Source of the DNA: Lingula anatina
Taxonomy: Eukaryota; Animalia; Brachiopoda
Direction: 5' to 3'
Assembly: GCA_051362555.1 (NCBI GenBank)
Contig: CM120648.1
Coordinates: forward strand, 19,712,587-19,776,586
DNA: 64,000 nt
Positions 62,212-64,000 of the stretch are shown here, in pieces. Under the pieces are notes generated by a model. It saw only the letters and a program-made list of their open reading frames with translations, had not been told where the DNA came from and ran no database searches. Each line of letters begins with the position of its first letter. Position 1 is the stretch's first letter. Made by a program: the position numbers and the translations under genes.

Positions 62212-63103
62212 ACTGACCCATGATCTACAAAATGTCTAACAATTATCATTTATCAATTGTAATAAATACTACAAATATTAAGAGAGCATATGGTATTCAC
62301 TTACAGAAGATAGAAACAATTGTTTCATTTGAAGAACTATAAACCTTGCTTAAATTCAAAACAGAAGTCTTATGATCATATACCACCAATTATTTTCCGT
62401 ATATCATCCAAACGGATTACAATCTATCATTGGAATTAGATTTCTTAACATTTTTTTGAAAAGATACCATTTTTCAGATTACATTCTAACTCCGCACATA
62501 TTAACCCTATAGGTTCAAGATTTCAGTTTTGCCAACTCGATCTTGATTTCATATATAATGTTTTTATATCTTCAGAAGCAAATGTTTTTGATAAGCAAAA
62601 AATGCAAAAACATCCGGTGTATCTTTTTCTTTTAAAATGTATTTATTTTTCAATTTACATCTTACATACAGTAAATGAAATTAAATAAAGCAAAATTAAA
62701 TCTGATTTACGTTTCATATTGGACTATGTGTGTGTGTGTGTGTGTGCACGAGAAAAGACAGAGATCTTGAAATCATGAGCACATTTGAACTGGCCTTTAC
62801 AAGGTGACAACAAGTTTGTAGAACACGACACGAAGGCTGCCCTAATCTTACACTTCTTGCCAGTATATACTGCCATGCATACGTTATTTTCTGGACCTCT
62901 TTTGCAATACCCCCCCCCCCTGTAAATTAATATTTTGAAATTTTGTTCACTTTTAAAGCGGTTAAAAGACATGCATAGTGATTTGAATGAAGCAGGAAAT
63001 TTAAGAAATCATCACATGTATTCACATCAAACTGGCAAAGGGAAATGTAGTTTTGAGTTTCAGCTTTCTTTCAAGTTTTTAGGTAGAAGGTACTTAATTT
63101 TCA

Positions 63104-63140
<37 letters not shown>

Positions 63141-64000
63141 TAGTCTGATTTTCATGATTTTAACAGGTCATTTGACTTTAATTGAACTACATTATTTTGT
63201 TACAATATGATCGATCTATCAACATAAAACGTGTCACATCAAACTAAACTCCTTATTCAAGGAAAAATTAAAGTTAAAGCGTTGACAGCACGTCGTGTCC
63301 AGTGCCACTTCTGTACTTTCTTTTCTTGAGGACGCTCAGTGGCACTCCCGGAACACCCAGCTCTACTATCATTGCTGGACAATGGCATCTCATTGCCCTA
63401 TATAAACATTATATTTGTAAGTTGGTGCGATACAACTGTTGCGTTTGCGAAATATATTCTGGAATTTGCTTCTCCCTGTGGGTCAAAATTTAGATCACAC
63501 TTATTACTCCATAAAATAAAACAATTATCATTTAAATTCACAAACTAGTGTTGTTTGGGTCATTTCATAAAATACTACTCTGCAAGGAGAATTCTTTATC
63601 AAACAAAAAGCAAAGATGAGGCAAATAAAATCAAATAATGCAATGTTTTAGTAGACGAAGTAATTATATTATAGTGATCAGGGATTTCCAAGGACTTCTC
63701 AGGAATCCAAGCACCCCTTGTGGTCTCTGTATTACTTTAAATGAAGTTATATTCTGAAGATATACATCTATGTGTATAAATTTATAAGGCTGGAGACCTT
63801 GCCTTCAGTTCTTTATTTTTATTCAGTTAATTATTCTATTTCGCTGAAGTTCAGTGGTTAACAGTGTCTGTTTACATACACTGTATAGGATAATGCTCTT
63901 CTGATACAAGTTGGGCCTTTGGGTTTCCTGTACACAATGATCACACCGTAAGTGTTTGTCAGGAAAAACAACAGCGCTTAGAACGCTTCCAAAATTATTT

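Overview
AT-rich animal genomic DNA with spliceosomal introns, most likely a mollusc or other lophotrochozoan (inferred from repeat types and gene content). Host genes reconstructed by hand: a NAL1-like trypsin-fold serine protease terminal exon (+, 16604-17979); a six-domain peritrophin-A/CBM14 chitin-binding gene (+, 25687-40766) whose fifth domain exon is split by a young Ty3/gypsy element; a complete six-exon HSD11B1L-like SDR (-, 43619-50094); and a small secreted prepropeptide gene (-, 52783-55870). Most of the rest is mobile DNA: a decayed DIRS element carrying a nested Helentron-type satellite element, an L2/Crack LINE, gypsy gag-protease remnants, two intact gypsy elements with TSDs (one with a decayed F-type env region, plus a related env-bearing remnant), a Tc1 relic, and Harbinger, hAT-like and Academ-like MITEs. 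The most unusual observations are a minimal hammerhead ribozyme with a Harbinger MITE inserted exactly in loop II, tandem amplification of both splice junctions of the SDR catalytic exon, env-bearing gypsy elements with an intron-like 3' region, and the NAL1-like protease. All calls come from reading and translating by eye; no searches were run.
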